This document shows, in pieces, positions 1-12,079 of a stretch of 64,000 bases of DNA. The notes under the pieces are model-generated. The model searched no databases, was not told where the DNA came from, and was given only the letters and a program-made list of their open reading frames with translations. The DNA lies in NCBI GenBank assembly GCA_973895155.1, contig OZ316896.1, positions 18,588,754-18,652,753 of the forward strand, in the 5' to 3' direction. Positions within the stretch are counted from its first letter, which is position 1. Each line of letters starts with the position of its first letter. Source of the DNA: Marsupella aquatica (Eukaryota; Plantae; Marchantiophyta). The translations under genes and the position numbers were made by a program.

Positions 1-420
1 CCGATCCCTGAAGAGTTATGCCTCTGTGTACCTGAATTTAGGAAAGAGTGATTTTAGCATCTTCTCCAGGGGCATGCATTTCTCTGCTGGTGGTTTGTGT
101 AGCAAACGAACTCTGTCACGGTACACCTACATGTCCAAGCGTTGTTTAAAGTGCCTGCCTGGGAAACATTTCTACAACAGGAGCTTTGAAAAATAAATGA
201 ATAGGCATTCTTCAATGTACAATGGTGGCGTAAAAACGCAGTATGAAATTGTAACGATATATTCATAACATTGCAGGCTAAGTAAATGTGTGGTCGATAC
301 TGCCATCACAGCTATTGACATTTACGTTGAATTGTGAGACTCCGTAGAGGATTTCAATTTCAAATTTCACATGATTCCTGTCAAAATCACATTGATTGTG
401 ATTATCCTAAGTTCTTGCAG

Positions 421-3400
421 CTCGTAGTAGTTGCATTCACACCAGCATTTGTCTTCACCAAGTTGGCAAGGGCCGTGTCCTATGAGAATATCTTGGCGTG
501 GTAAGCATCTCATCTCTCTAAAGCCTGATTATCCATCAAGGTTTATCTACCGTTGAAACTAAAACTGATGTCCGCGAAAGGATTCACGAGAATAAGCCCA
601 GGATGATGAACACCCTTGCTTCCCTTCCTCAATACCAAGTTATAAGATGAACTGTAATCATGATGGCCATTGCAAGACAGAATGCTTAAGTACCTTGAGC
701 GTTGATGTGCAGGTGGTACATGCCTATCAACGTTTGTCTTTGCTTTTTTTGCGGGCTTGCCTTGGGCTTTGTGGTCCTGAAGAACACTACTGTTCCACCA
801 CACCTGAGGAATCTTGTCTTGGCGTGTTGTGCTGCAGGTGCGTAGTCCACTTTACGTTCCTCGTTTCGCATTTGTCTTGACTAAATCAGCAATTTCACTG
901 ATTGTATGTTTGGTAGTCATTGAGGAAGAAAATGTCAGCGATGCATTTGTAAGAGCACAGAGCTGATATTAGGAGAGGGCCTTTCGTCAAATGTACCTTG
1001 GTCTTCCTCAGGGATTTAGGAACCACAAAACTGGTCATGCTTCTCCACATCATTGGATTGAACATTCTCCATGATTCTGTAATTTTTCTCACTGCACGAT
1101 TTTATGGCTTGGATTTCAAGAGTATTTTTCTTGCAACCAGTGTCAAGTTATTGTTGCTGGCCATCAATTGCAAACATGTTTGTGCCATAGACTTACACCG
1201 TGTTTTGTCTGAGCCTGACTAAAGAATGTCCGATCTATTTCATAGTCTTGGTTGTATAACGCTGTCCAGTCCCCTACGGTCTTCCTGACTCCATTTTCCT
1301 CCCCAAAAGTGACTGCTATTGTCGCTTATAATACAGAGAATTCTCGTGTTCTTCCAGGCAATACCGGTAACGTGCCATTAGTTCTGATTCCGGCAATTTG
1401 TGAGGAGGACGGGAATCCATTTGGGAGGTCAGAAGCCTGCATTCGAGATTCGACGGCATATGTGTCTTATGGGATGTGGGTAAGCTTGTCCATTAATTCC
1501 TAATCATCAATATGCTCGGGAAGCTGTTGAGGAAAGATCTCGTCCCTCCTTTGAAACGCGCAAGTTGGATAGTCCTTGGAATGCTTGTAAGATCACCGTA
1601 TTCAGTGTGATTTATTTAACAGAAACTATTTAGCCAGAAGCCCTGGGAAGGCATAATCTTTAGACAAACCCACTCTGATTTTGATTGCGTACGTCAACAA
1701 AACATCATAAGCTGCCTCTGCCCAACTCTTTGTCTCCAGTACTGTTCGATGGCAAATCTGAGTCCGTAACTTGCTCATGGGTCTCATGGGTCAGGTGGGA
1801 ATCGCCCTTACATGGACAGTCGTCTACAGGCTCCTCCAGCCTCCGGACTTTCAGAAGGAAGGACCAGCACCTCCAGTAGGAAGTAATGGTGGGTCTCCGC
1901 GACCTCCAATAGGAAGTTATGGTGGGTCTCCACGTTTCAGTGACTTCGGAGACTTTCAAGCAGGGAAATATGAAATAGAAGAGTTTAATCCCCGCATGGA
2001 GGCATCTACTGTGGTCACAAGCACGGGCAGTAAACAGAAAGGCCTCTCTTCTGGCACCGTTTTACCATCACCAAGGAATCAGGTATAGTTTCCGGTTGCA
2101 GGGAACTGAAGCCAAGATTAAGCCACGTGAATGACTTGAAAAACAAATTTAGCTGGTTCATTTGTCGAAAAGACAGTGACAGACCTTCAATTTTATGGAC
2201 AAAGTATCAATTTTGATTCGTGAATAATAGATGCCTCACTGATGACCCCGGTCCTGAACAACGAACTTTCTTAAAAGCTAAAAGGCTTATGTCGTCAATG
2301 AAAGCGTAACCAAATGTAACCACTCACTAATTTGTTTTTTTAAGGTGTTGACATTCAAGTGCCATGACGATACGTGTGTCAGATGTCTCTTACAAATGCA
2401 GGTCTCAACAAACATATCGCCCAGGGCATCTTCGCCTCCTGCACCTGATATCACCGAAGCCCCAATAGCCTACTTCCTTTTTTATTTTGAAAAGTATGAT
2501 CTCAAAAAGGTCTTCAATCCTCCAACTTGTGCTGCGGTACAATGTTTCTCTTTCTTTGCATGAATCTGGTGTGACTTATTGATGATTGAAGTGTGCTTCC
2601 AATGATGAGCGTTATTCATTTTCACTAGCACAAGCAGTGCAACGGTAGATGAAAGGCGCTACCAGGCAACTGGTCCTCGCCATCCCACTTTTTGGCGTAG
2701 TATCGTTAAGAGGGGTGCCTGTGTTCCCCATCTCATGGTGGTGGTGGGCCTAGAGAGAATCCGTGCGATGTCCCTACCCCTCGTTGAAATGCATGATTCA
2801 AGACAGGACTGTAGAACTCTCCGTAAGTTGGTGGGCAATCAAGTACCCAAAATGAGTTCCAACATACGAGGCTGGACCCTTGAGAGAATTTACTATCATT
2901 TGTAGTAGTGTTTTTTTACGTTGGTGAAGTTTTCTGATTTTGTCCTTCTGATTGCCCTTCTTTCTATGTCCAAACAGTTTTCATACTGGAAAATCAAGTG
3001 GGTCATGATTCTACGTGAGCTTGAGCGATTCTGTGCATGTGATTGTGTTAGGAGCTTCTCGGTAGCAACAAGCTATCCTCCTTTTTTTTTTCCTTCGTAA
3101 TTCATGGACCTCTAAAAGGGAAAACAAACATAACCGACTGAACTTCGAAGGAAACTGGGTGCAGATTCTTGGTGTAACTGTGGGAGGAATCCCTTTTCTG
3201 AAGTCTCTTTGTGAAGGACCATTCCTTGTCTTCATAGAGTCAGGAGAAATCATCGGGTATTTAAAAGCTTACCACACTTTCCTCTCTACCTGTCATTTTG
3301 TCGGGGTCAATCTAACAGTTTTGCTTGTAGTAGTTTGTGAGAGCTCGGCAGTATTTATTGATCGCCAGATGCGCGATTGAGAAACACATTGTGTCGCCGC

Positions 3401-4349
3401 AAAATCGGTATATTTTCTTACGTGGATAGATTCCATGGGGCAGGACTCTAATATGCATCAGTATGCTTGCAATGTTTGTCTGCTCACAGACAGGCCATGA
3501 TCCCTGCCATGAATATGGTGTTAGGTGCCACTTTGGTACAAGGTAACGTCACTAACCAACGAAAAACTATTGGTCACCAAAAAAGACATAGCAATTGGAT
3601 CACTAGCTCCAAATGTTTACAGGGAGGTGGCTAGCTTCAAATCCAATTTGTCCAGATAGATTCTGGACCCTTATTCTAGCTGCTGTCTATAACACCTGGA
3701 TTCTTTAACATGAAAGTGGCAGGATGGTTGTAGGTACTGGAGTCTCTGAGTTGGAAATGCCTACGATCATTGGAACCATCTTGGTGCGACTGGTGCTAAA
3801 TCCGATTGTAGGAATGATCCTGACAAAGATTGCCCACGACTGGGGCATGTTGCCCCCGGATCCCTTATTCCGATTTGTGCTCATGATCCAATTCACAATG
3901 CCTACCGCCATTAACCTCGGTCAGCTACTTTCCTTATCACCCGTTCTTGTTTATCTTGTTTGAAATCACAGGTTCTTTACTCAACAGACTCTGGTCAGTT
4001 TATAAGCTTCCAGTCGAGCCGAGTGCTATTTACTAATATACAGTTTCTCGTTCCTACGCTGATTTATTTATAATCATGCATCCAGCTATTCCCACGACAT
4101 TTCACCATGTATCAGATATCATCTATTTACCTGTTTAGTCCTACAATTCGATGTAATTCACTAATTTGTACTGCACATCTATAAGTTAGAGCATAATTCT
4201 CAACGTTACGAATTATCCTTGCAGGTACTTTGGCACAGTTGTTTAGTGTTGGTGAGAAGGAAACGGCAATTGTTTTGTTTTATGCCTACTTGTCAGCTTC
4301 AGTATTTATGACATTTTGGATCATTATCTACCTCAATTACGTTTTTTAA
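421..4349 (+). CDS. PILS: PIN-LIKES (PILS) auxin efflux carrier family protein, 5' part missing from window; exons 421-500, 713-837, 1358-1479, 1795-2082, 2402-2536, 3165-3256, 3490-3542, 3734-3919, 4225-4349
   Basis: Nine AG/GT-bounded exons splice in phase into LVVVAFTPAFVFTKLARAVSYENILAWWYMPINV...CCAAGNTGNVPLVLIPAICEEDGNPFG...VFNPPTCAAILG...GQAMIPAMNMVLGATL...LPPDPLFRFVLMIQFTMPTAINLGTLAQLF..YLNYVF*. These are the conserved PILS blocks. TAA at 4347-4349. Confidence 0.93.
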
Positions 4350-4856
4350 ACCGTTGATTTCGTTCAAGTGCTCATGTGATGCCAGTTTGGTGCTCCGTTC
4401 AGTGTTATAAGAATGAATGAACGAATGCATGCTTGAATGAATGACTGAGTAATGAAATGCACATTGAAGTCTAACCCCAAAGGAATATACAAGAGCACAA
4501 AGTCGTGGATATGAGGAGAACCTGGAAGCAGGAACATGCTTAAGGAACTACATTGTTGATGCCTTAGTCTGGCCAAAACCTGAACCGAAACGATTTCTAC
4601 AAATGTGAATTGGGCATGTACAGTTGAATTTATATTTATATTTATCCCGGCATTACAAGACTATATGCACGACAAGAACACGTCGAAACTTTCATCACAA
4701 TCGGTGTACTCTGAACGCGAATATATTTTCAGATTCAAAATCAAGAAATCCAGACTAACATCTAACTACGACTTCCTTCAAATTAGGAATCAGAACCTGG
4801 TCACGAGTAGAGAGCTTGACTAAATATAAATTCAGCTCACTCTAAACAAAATACAA

Positions 4857-5821
4857 CTACACCAAGTACTCATTCAGGTCAATGCCAGCCTCTTTAGCCA
4901 TGACACTCAAACCCTTCTTCTCAATGGTTTTTAGAGCCCTAGTTGAAATCCGCATCTTCACAAATCTGTTGGCCTCTTCCCACCACAATCGCTTGTACTG
5001 CAAATTGGCTCCTTGTAGATGCTTGGTGCGGTGATGAGAGAAAGAAACTCTGTAACCATTGTTCGCCTTCTTCCCTGTCAAATCGCACACTCTCTCTGCA
5101 ACCCACCGTCATACGACCAAATGTCAATTATCTCCTTCTACTGAGAGAAAGGGTAGGTATGCAAATTTCACTACTAGCTGTCGCAGCAAATGGCACATAG
5201 TCGCCACATGCAACAGTACCGTTGATTGGCTGCACATCTGACATGGGATTGGAAGAAACTCATCATGGACAGAAAGCCCAGATAATTGAACCCAAAAGGG
5301 CCTGCAGGCAACAATTTTGAAAACAGTGTGGCCAGAATGAAGACATCCCATAAGGTCGATGGGAGTGCAAAGTTCTCAGAGAAAAGATGGAAAAAGGAAA
5401 AATGATCAGGACACTTTTGTACTCCCAATCTCGGTGGGATCAGCGGGTACCGCAAGTATTGATATCCAAATGCGTCCCCAACGAGCAGTGCACCTTGCTG
5501 TCCAATCCAACAGACTAATGGACAAGGAACAGCAAACAGATACACACGGCGGGAGCAACAAACAACGGGAAGCTAAGCCACGCGAAGCAGAGCAGAGAAG
5601 AGAAGAGCAAGAGAAGAGCCGAGAAGAGCAGAGAAGAGCAGAAGGAACTCACTGGCGATTGGCTGCACGAGCAGTGGAGCGGCAGACGAAGAACTTGACG
5701 ACGACGAGGGGGAGTGGCCGAGGGCTTGTTGTGCTCCGGCACCTGCGAGCTCGCCAGAGACTGCACCGAGGGAGCGAACTGGTGCCGCAATGCGGAGGGA
5801 GCAGATTGTCATTGACGCCAT
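4857..5821 (-). CDS. RPL28: Plastid 50S ribosomal protein L28 (bL28c) with transit peptide; exons 5821-5653 and 5095-4857
   Basis: Exon 1 is a Ser/Ala-rich transit peptide ([14 protein letters not shown]...VQPIA) ending at a GTGAGT donor. After a TGCAG acceptor comes [39 protein letters not shown], the classic L28 signature. Confidence 0.95.
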
Positions 5822-5940
5822 GGCCGCGAGCTTTCAATTCACCTCGAGCTCTCCTTTCCGAGTCTTTCTTCACGGCGAACGTCGTCTCTGTAAGGCGACC
5901 AAACGTTCCCCTGAATTGTAAAAGGGATATCTTGCCTGTC

Positions 5941-6052
5941 GCTCGCCCTCAAAACTCCGGCCCTTCAAAACGTCTTCCATGGATAGCATAACGCTTGTAG
6001 CTCGCCCTCAAAACCTCGGCCCTTCAAACTCATTCCATCAATAGCATAACGG
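5941..6052. repeat. Two-copy tandem duplication (~59 bp unit) just upstream of RPL28
   Basis: GCTCGCCCTCAAAA...GGCCCTTCAAA...TTCCAT...ATAGCATAACG occurs at ~5941 and ~6000. Confidence 0.8.
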
Positions 6053-6180
6053 TTTGTGGTTATTAGTTACCCTTGTGACCAGAAAGTGAATAAAAATAAC
6101 TCTGTTATAGCCCAAAAGTGTTTTACAAACATCCTACATAGAACCCTTGTCTAGACCTCTTTCATCCTACTTACAAAGCA

Positions 6181-7710
6181 CCAACTACAAGCTAGAGTTG
6201 TGACCTAGGTTTCTAGAGTGAAGCATCTAGAATGTAACTCTATGGCTCATCATACATGATAGGAAAACTCATGACTACAATGTATGTCAAATGATAATCA
6301 TGCATGCTTTTTGTCATGATTTCTATTTGCATTAAAAATGGGTTCTATACCCCCACCATAACATATGTGCATAGAAAGAGAGATGTACAAGGAAAGAATA
6401 TTGTATGTTATGTATGATTAATAATATGATGACATGCATGATGGTTTCTTTTAACATTCAAAGAATGTGAGTAAGGCGTATATTTTAGTGATATTTTTAG
6501 TGTCCTTCCCTCTATTCAGATTCAAAGAACCGGTAGTCAGGGCTAGTATTACGTAAACCCCTGTCTAGATATCCTTTATATTACGTAAATTAGTTCGTCG
6601 AGGGGGGCTACATTTCTTTGGCCTTGTTTGAGTAAAAAGAATGTATGTAATATTAGCTTTAACTCAAGTTGTGAGAGGCTATTGTGGTCCAAAATGCTAT
6701 GGTATCACAGATTATTCTTATGAGATAGTTTTACAAATTTTAGTAACCCTGAGGTTTCTAGTAGCTGAGTCCTCTTTAGAATATTTGTCCCCCGATTTGT
6801 CAATGTACTTTCAAATAATTGGAAATCTCGGAGATTTCACTGAAGTCTGAATTTGGCAAGTTTTGAATTAGAGGTTAATAGACTCATGACCTTGATGCAA
6901 CTATTCAGCAAATGGAGAAGGGCAAAGCTTAAGCTTTCAGAAGATAGAAGTCGACAGTGTGATAATCAGAAGCAGTTGTCAAAATCAGGCTTTTTCGCCT
7001 CATGCAACCAAATTCTCAACCTAAGAGAGTCAATAGTCAATTTGTGGCAAGTCCATTTGAAACCAGATCAAACCAGATCAATATCTGATTAAATGAATTG
7101 TATCAATTCATTGAATTCAAGTTCCGACCATAGCTCGCAGTTTGCCTGAATTGCAAAAGGCTGGAAATCTTAATCCATGTGCTAGTACGTTACCCTTTAA
7201 CAAGTAAGTTATCAAGTTAATTATTAGTCATTGTTTATTATATGAAAAATATATACTTTTCAAATTTTTGAATTTAATTTTTAAAATTGGATACGTAACT
7301 AAAACGGTTACATAGTGATAGTTTTACCTGTCTTGCTCTTTGCATTTCTAAATTTTTACATTTCTTTTTATGGCATGGCGTCCCAAAATTTACACACAAA
7401 CTGATGCAAACACGAATGAAAACTGTAAGTTTGATTCACAAAACTGACCAGTCTTGTTTGTTGCGGTTGTTGTTGACGTGGCATGCTCTGGTGCCAGGAA
7501 TTTTGGAAGGGACCTCTCATGGGGTCCGTAACGAGCCTCAATGCCCATTCTTTGAATATTAATAAGAATGATTGACAAAATTCACTCTGCATGATTAATT
7601 TTGACATACATACATTCCATTGTTATTTCCATTTTGGTGGGGACCTAGAGTCAAGGTCTAGAGGCTTCACTATAGAAGCCTAGATCCCAATTGTAACTTG
7701 TGTTTGTGAA
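6181..7710. repeat. Two inverted copies (~6181-6350 and ~7540-7710) of a dispersed repeat also found at ~28310-28470 and ~41240-41400
   Basis: CCTAGGTTTCTAGAGTGAAGCATCTAGA (6204) is the approximate reverse complement of TCTAGAGGCTTCACTATAGAAGCCTAG (7657) and TCTAGATGCTTCACTCTACAAACCTAG (28422). The flanking ATGCCCATTCTTTGAAT motif is shared too. Confidence 0.65.
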
Positions 7711-8279
7711 TTTATAATTAGTAAGATTGGGAAAAGGAAACTGACCCCAGAAAGTGAGTGAAAGCAACTCCGCCAAGTAACAGATTGGACATCAAAGACC
7801 ATATGTAAAAATTTGAGCTCAAACAAAAATCCAAAAATTATCCAATTAAATACAGAAGTTGGTCAAAAATCAATATTTAGTGTGGATTTTGAGTGTAATA
7901 ACTAATGCGACTTAGTGTGGATTTTGATGAAAGTGAGGCAGTGTGTCATATAATCCATAGAAATGGGCAAAACAAACCCCTCAGTATATAGGGGCTAAAA
8001 TTTCTAGGTCACGAGCATGATGTAATACTAACATGAATATTAGTATTTCTGGGAAGACACCCCAAGCCTGCACTTATCCACTTCATGCACTACATCATAT
8101 ATGAGTGCATAGATATCATTCATGCACTTCTCCAAACCCTAAACCCTAGACCCTTCTGACTCCTCATACCCCAAACCCTCATATTTCACAATACACCTGG
8201 AGATATGCACTTATCAATAAATGGTTCTAGCCAATGTGTTACAGTAACTGATAAATGCACTTGCACCCTATAAACAGAA

Positions 8280-8665
8280 ACGCACTCATGTATTTGTTGT
8301 TTAGTGTCTTCAAGTGTTGCAGTTACAGATGGTGCATGTTTGGTGCATTTAGAAATAAATGTGCACTTATGTATTTGTCATTTGGTATGGTCTAGTGTTG
8401 CAGTTACAGATGGTGCATATTTCGTGCATTTACAAACAAATGTGCACTTATGTATTTGCTGATTAGTGCAGTCTAGTGTTGCAGTTACAAATGGTGCACT
8501 TTTTGGTGCATTTACAAAGTATGGTCTAGCGCTGCTGTTACAGATGGTGTATATTTGGCGCATTCACAAAGAAATGTGCACTAATGATTTTTGTCAGATT
8601 TGTAACTAACAATTAGTGCCGTTACAAATGGTGCACTTTTTGGTGCATTTACAAAGAAACGTGCT
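8280..8665. repeat. Degenerate minisatellite, ~80 bp period, core GTGTTGCAGTTACAGATGGTGCA
   Basis: Core recurs at ~8313, 8395, 8476, 8535 and 8620. Confidence 0.8.
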
Positions 8666-8780
8666 GTACGACTAGGGAGCTACACGACCAGCGACCAGCT
8701 TGCAGTTACCCACGGAAAGCACTTATAGACGGTGCAACTTATGCACGGTAATCTGTACAACGAGAGATGGAGGAAAGGAA

Positions 8781-8974
8781 AGGTACACTCCTTCGTATAA
8801 AGGTAAGGTACACTCCTTCGTGTAAAGGACAGGTACGCTCCTTCGTGTAAAGGAAATGTACGCTCCTTCGTGTAAAGGACAGGTACGCTCCTTCGGATAA
8901 AGGAAAGGTACACTCCTTCGTGTAAAGGACAGGTACGCGTGTAAGCGAAAGGTACACTCCTTCGTGTAAAGGAA
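8781..8974. repeat. 25-bp minisatellite (AGGTACRCTCCTTCGTGTAAAGGAM, about 8 units) upstream of ITPA, followed by (GA)n
   Basis: Directly visible head-to-tail units, one internally deleted. Confidence 0.92.
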
Positions 8975-9261
8975 AGGGCAGAGAGAGAGAGAGAGAGAAA
9001 CAAGAATGGCATTCGGGAACTCCGAAGGGACGACGGACGGCAGGAACTGGGTACAGAGTACAATCGGCAGCACCGAGAGAGAGAAGCGCTTTCCTTGGAG
9101 TGATTCTCGGCTGCTGCCAATTTTCTCGATTGATTCGGCTAATCCCGGACTGACTGACTCCCCGCCACAGCTCCATAATTCGCCTCTGGAAGAATTTTTT
9201 CGAGGTGGTAGCGTGGTTCTTGCCAGGAATCGCACCTGGAAGCGCGTCTGGTGGAAGGCAC

Positions 9262-12079
9262 ATGGCAATCAGCAGCGTGAGGATGCAGCTCTCGAGCCCG
9301 GTCACGTTTGTCACAGGCAACGCCAAAAAGCTGGAGGAAGTGAAGATGATTCTCGGCCAGACAATTCCGTTCCGGAGTCACAAGCTCGACTGTACGCCCT
9401 CTCTCGTTCTCTCTCTCTCCCTCTCCGTTTCCCCTGTCTCATCGTTCCTCTCCGTCTTGTTCTCTGCTACTGTTTTCGTTGATTGGTTGATTTTTCCTCT
9501 ATGTCGGTTTTGTCGTTCTTTCTCCCTTACCAATTCTTCACATCTTTCCAATCTTGTGAACTTTCGCAAAGAGATCCGTGCTCAATAACCAAGAAAGGTC
9601 CTCTGAGGCGCAGACGCATCAAAAGTGATGATGGAATTGAGCATCACTTACTTCTCTATTCCTTTTTTGTTTCTCTGTCTCTACTTGTTGCTGTTGCAGC
9701 TCGTGCTGCTTGATTTAGAGAGAATGCGCCTTCCGTAGCCACCCCTTCCAGAAATGAACAGTACCTTGCATTTACATGTCTCAGTGCCCAATTTTTCAAG
9801 GGTGCCACAAAGGGGTTGAGTTGAAAAGCATCCATTTCATTGATTTGTCACTCTTCGCTTGGAATGGCAGCGAGCAGTTCATTATGTTATTCGTAGAAAT
9901 GTTGCTTCGACGTTGAAGGCTTGCAACGGGGAACAATTAGAAACCCGACCTGGCCTCGATTGGAATTCCGAGCTTTGAATTTGGAAACCCGCATTCTCGA
10001 GTAAATTGAGTTCCACACGGAAGAGTCGTCGTTGTAAACTCGTACTCGTGATCTACTCAACGGATCCGCAGTCCATACTATTCGCACATGAATTCGTCTT
10101 CTTCACGCTTAAGCCCATGACTTTTCCCTCCTCGGTCACTGACCCACTGAGCCTCCACCATAAAGAAAGGGGTAAGGGGAAAGTTGTGATTGTCTAGGGC
10201 CTTGATAGAGGGCAGTACCCCTGAATTATGTATCCTGGGCATTCTAATTTGGCCCTGGTCCAAGTTGGCTTGTAGTAGGAGGTCTTGGGCAGTATTTGAT
10301 GTCGCGTGGTATTGTCACGCTCTTGTTCAGTGCCAGAACTCCAAGGGGAACCAGAAGATATATCAAAAGAAAAGGCACGGCTTGCAGCGAAAGAGGTGTG
10401 TTGACCAGGTGGTCCAGATGGACTGAGCTGTCATCGGGCATCTTCTTTGGGCATTCCATTGTAAACTGCGCAATGAATGCTAGCATTCACAGAGCTTACG
10501 GTTCCATTATATATTGCGTTGTTTGTGCTGCCAATTCTCATTGGAGACTGTTTGTTTATGTCAAAGATCAACGGTCCAGTGCTCGTTGAAGACACTTGTC
10601 TCTGCTTCAACGCCTTAAAAGGTCTCCCAGGTGATGTTCTTTCGTATATATGATGCTATATAGAAGTCCTTGTGCCAATTTGTGTAAATCTTGGACATGG
10701 ACATGTTCTGGACAGAACCAGAACATGGGTAGACGTACACTCGACCGCCAGAAAAGCTTTTTGTTCATTTGCCCTTTTCGGTCTATCAGTCGTGTCTTCA
10801 AAAGGTGTTCAAAATTTTGTACAGATAGAAGCATAGACTGTCCTTAATTGTATGTTCTTTCCGGACATCATTCTAAGATGGACTTTTCTTCTGGCCTGGC
10901 AGGGCCTTATGTGTAAGCTCCCAAACCTGAAATTGGAACAATTCTTACACACTGCATGTTGAGAAGGAGAGGGTAAGAGCAAGGGCAATGGATGTTAGGA
11001 TGATATGTTAAAGGAATGCTTGCCCCAGGAGTATCAATTCTACTAAGGGGGAAGATATGCAGACCCTTCATGTCCCTGCCATATTTGTGTAATTTCCAGT
11101 ATCAGTGCCTGTCAATTCAGGTAAATAATTACATAGAAGATCCGTTTGTTAAATCCACTTTTCTATCAAAAATGTTTTCTTAGTACTGCAGTGAGCCTGA
11201 GCTAATATGCTTTTAATGACTGCTTCCTTGGAAGTGCAGAAAGTGGTTCCTGCAAAAGACAGGCCATGAAGGTATACCTTTGATTTCACCGCTGAGTGGA
11301 TATGTTATCCATGCCGAAAATATTGGTCTTGAAGTTGGTCTGAAGATTTTATCAGGAAAATGCTGATGAATTTAAGTGGCTTGTCGCAGATTACTGAGAA
11401 AACTCTACTTTGGGAATCAACAGAGTCATGTGTCAGTGGATCGTCCATGTGCTATAACTGACCGTTTTTCTCAACCTTGTATATCAGGGCTGAACAATCT
11501 TTTGGCAGCATATGACGACAAGTCAGCATATGCTTTGTGTGTATTTTCCCTGGCTCTTGGACCTGGAATGGAGCCTCTTACTTTTATTGGGCGAACTGAG
11601 GTGCTTTTCATTCCCCAGATACCTCCTGTTCTAATTGAGGAGTTGCTGAAGGTTTATTGTTCTCTTTTGTGTTACTTGCTCGTGGTTCTCATGTGGCACT
11701 TTCCGCAAAGCAGGGGACAATAGTTCCACCCAGAGGGCCAGGCGAATTCGGATGGGATCCAGTATTTCAGCCTGAAGGTTCTGAGTTAACGTAAGAATCA
11801 TGACACGGCATTGTCTTTGCACCCTCTTCACTGAGTGTCCTCTTTGGATGATCTATCACGGAATATTTTAGATCATTCATAGTTGGAGTGCATCAGTGTT
11901 CATTGTGCAATAATTAAGTGAATCCTATCTTAAGTTATATATTTTCTGCCCCCGTGCCTTGCAGGTTTGCAGAGATGCTGAAAGAGGAGAAGAACAAAAT
12001 TTCACATCGTCGTAGAGCTTTAGACAAAGTTAGGGAACATTTCTATGCAAATAATTATGCGGTTCAAAAGCCTGTCTAG
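9262..12079 (+). CDS. ITPA: Inosine triphosphate pyrophosphatase (HAM1/ITPase); exons 9262-9391, 10331-10395, 10567-10630, 10903-10912, 11240-11271, 11488-11600, 11714-11790, 11965-12079
   Basis: Spliced product has [62 protein letters not shown] and the KNKISHR signature. All introns are GT-AG and in phase; TAG at 12077-12079. Confidence 0.95.

Noticed and set aside
5359-5991. 210-aa plus-strand ORF
   Set aside because: Antisense to RPL28 exon 1 and kept open by a GA-rich intronic simple repeat.
8781-8974. Palindromic 25-bp direct repeats resembling a CRISPR array
   Set aside because: Units are head-to-tail with no unique spacers, there are no cas genes, and the context is eukaryotic.
8680-9326. 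Three overlapping long minus-strand ORFs
   Set aside because: Artefacts of the stop-free 25-bp minisatellite and (GA)n.
9781-9830. CAG|TGCCC...CAAGGG..CCA resembling a duplicate of ITPA exon 2
   Set aside because: Similarity is short and weak, the frame hits a stop, and there is no convincing donor.
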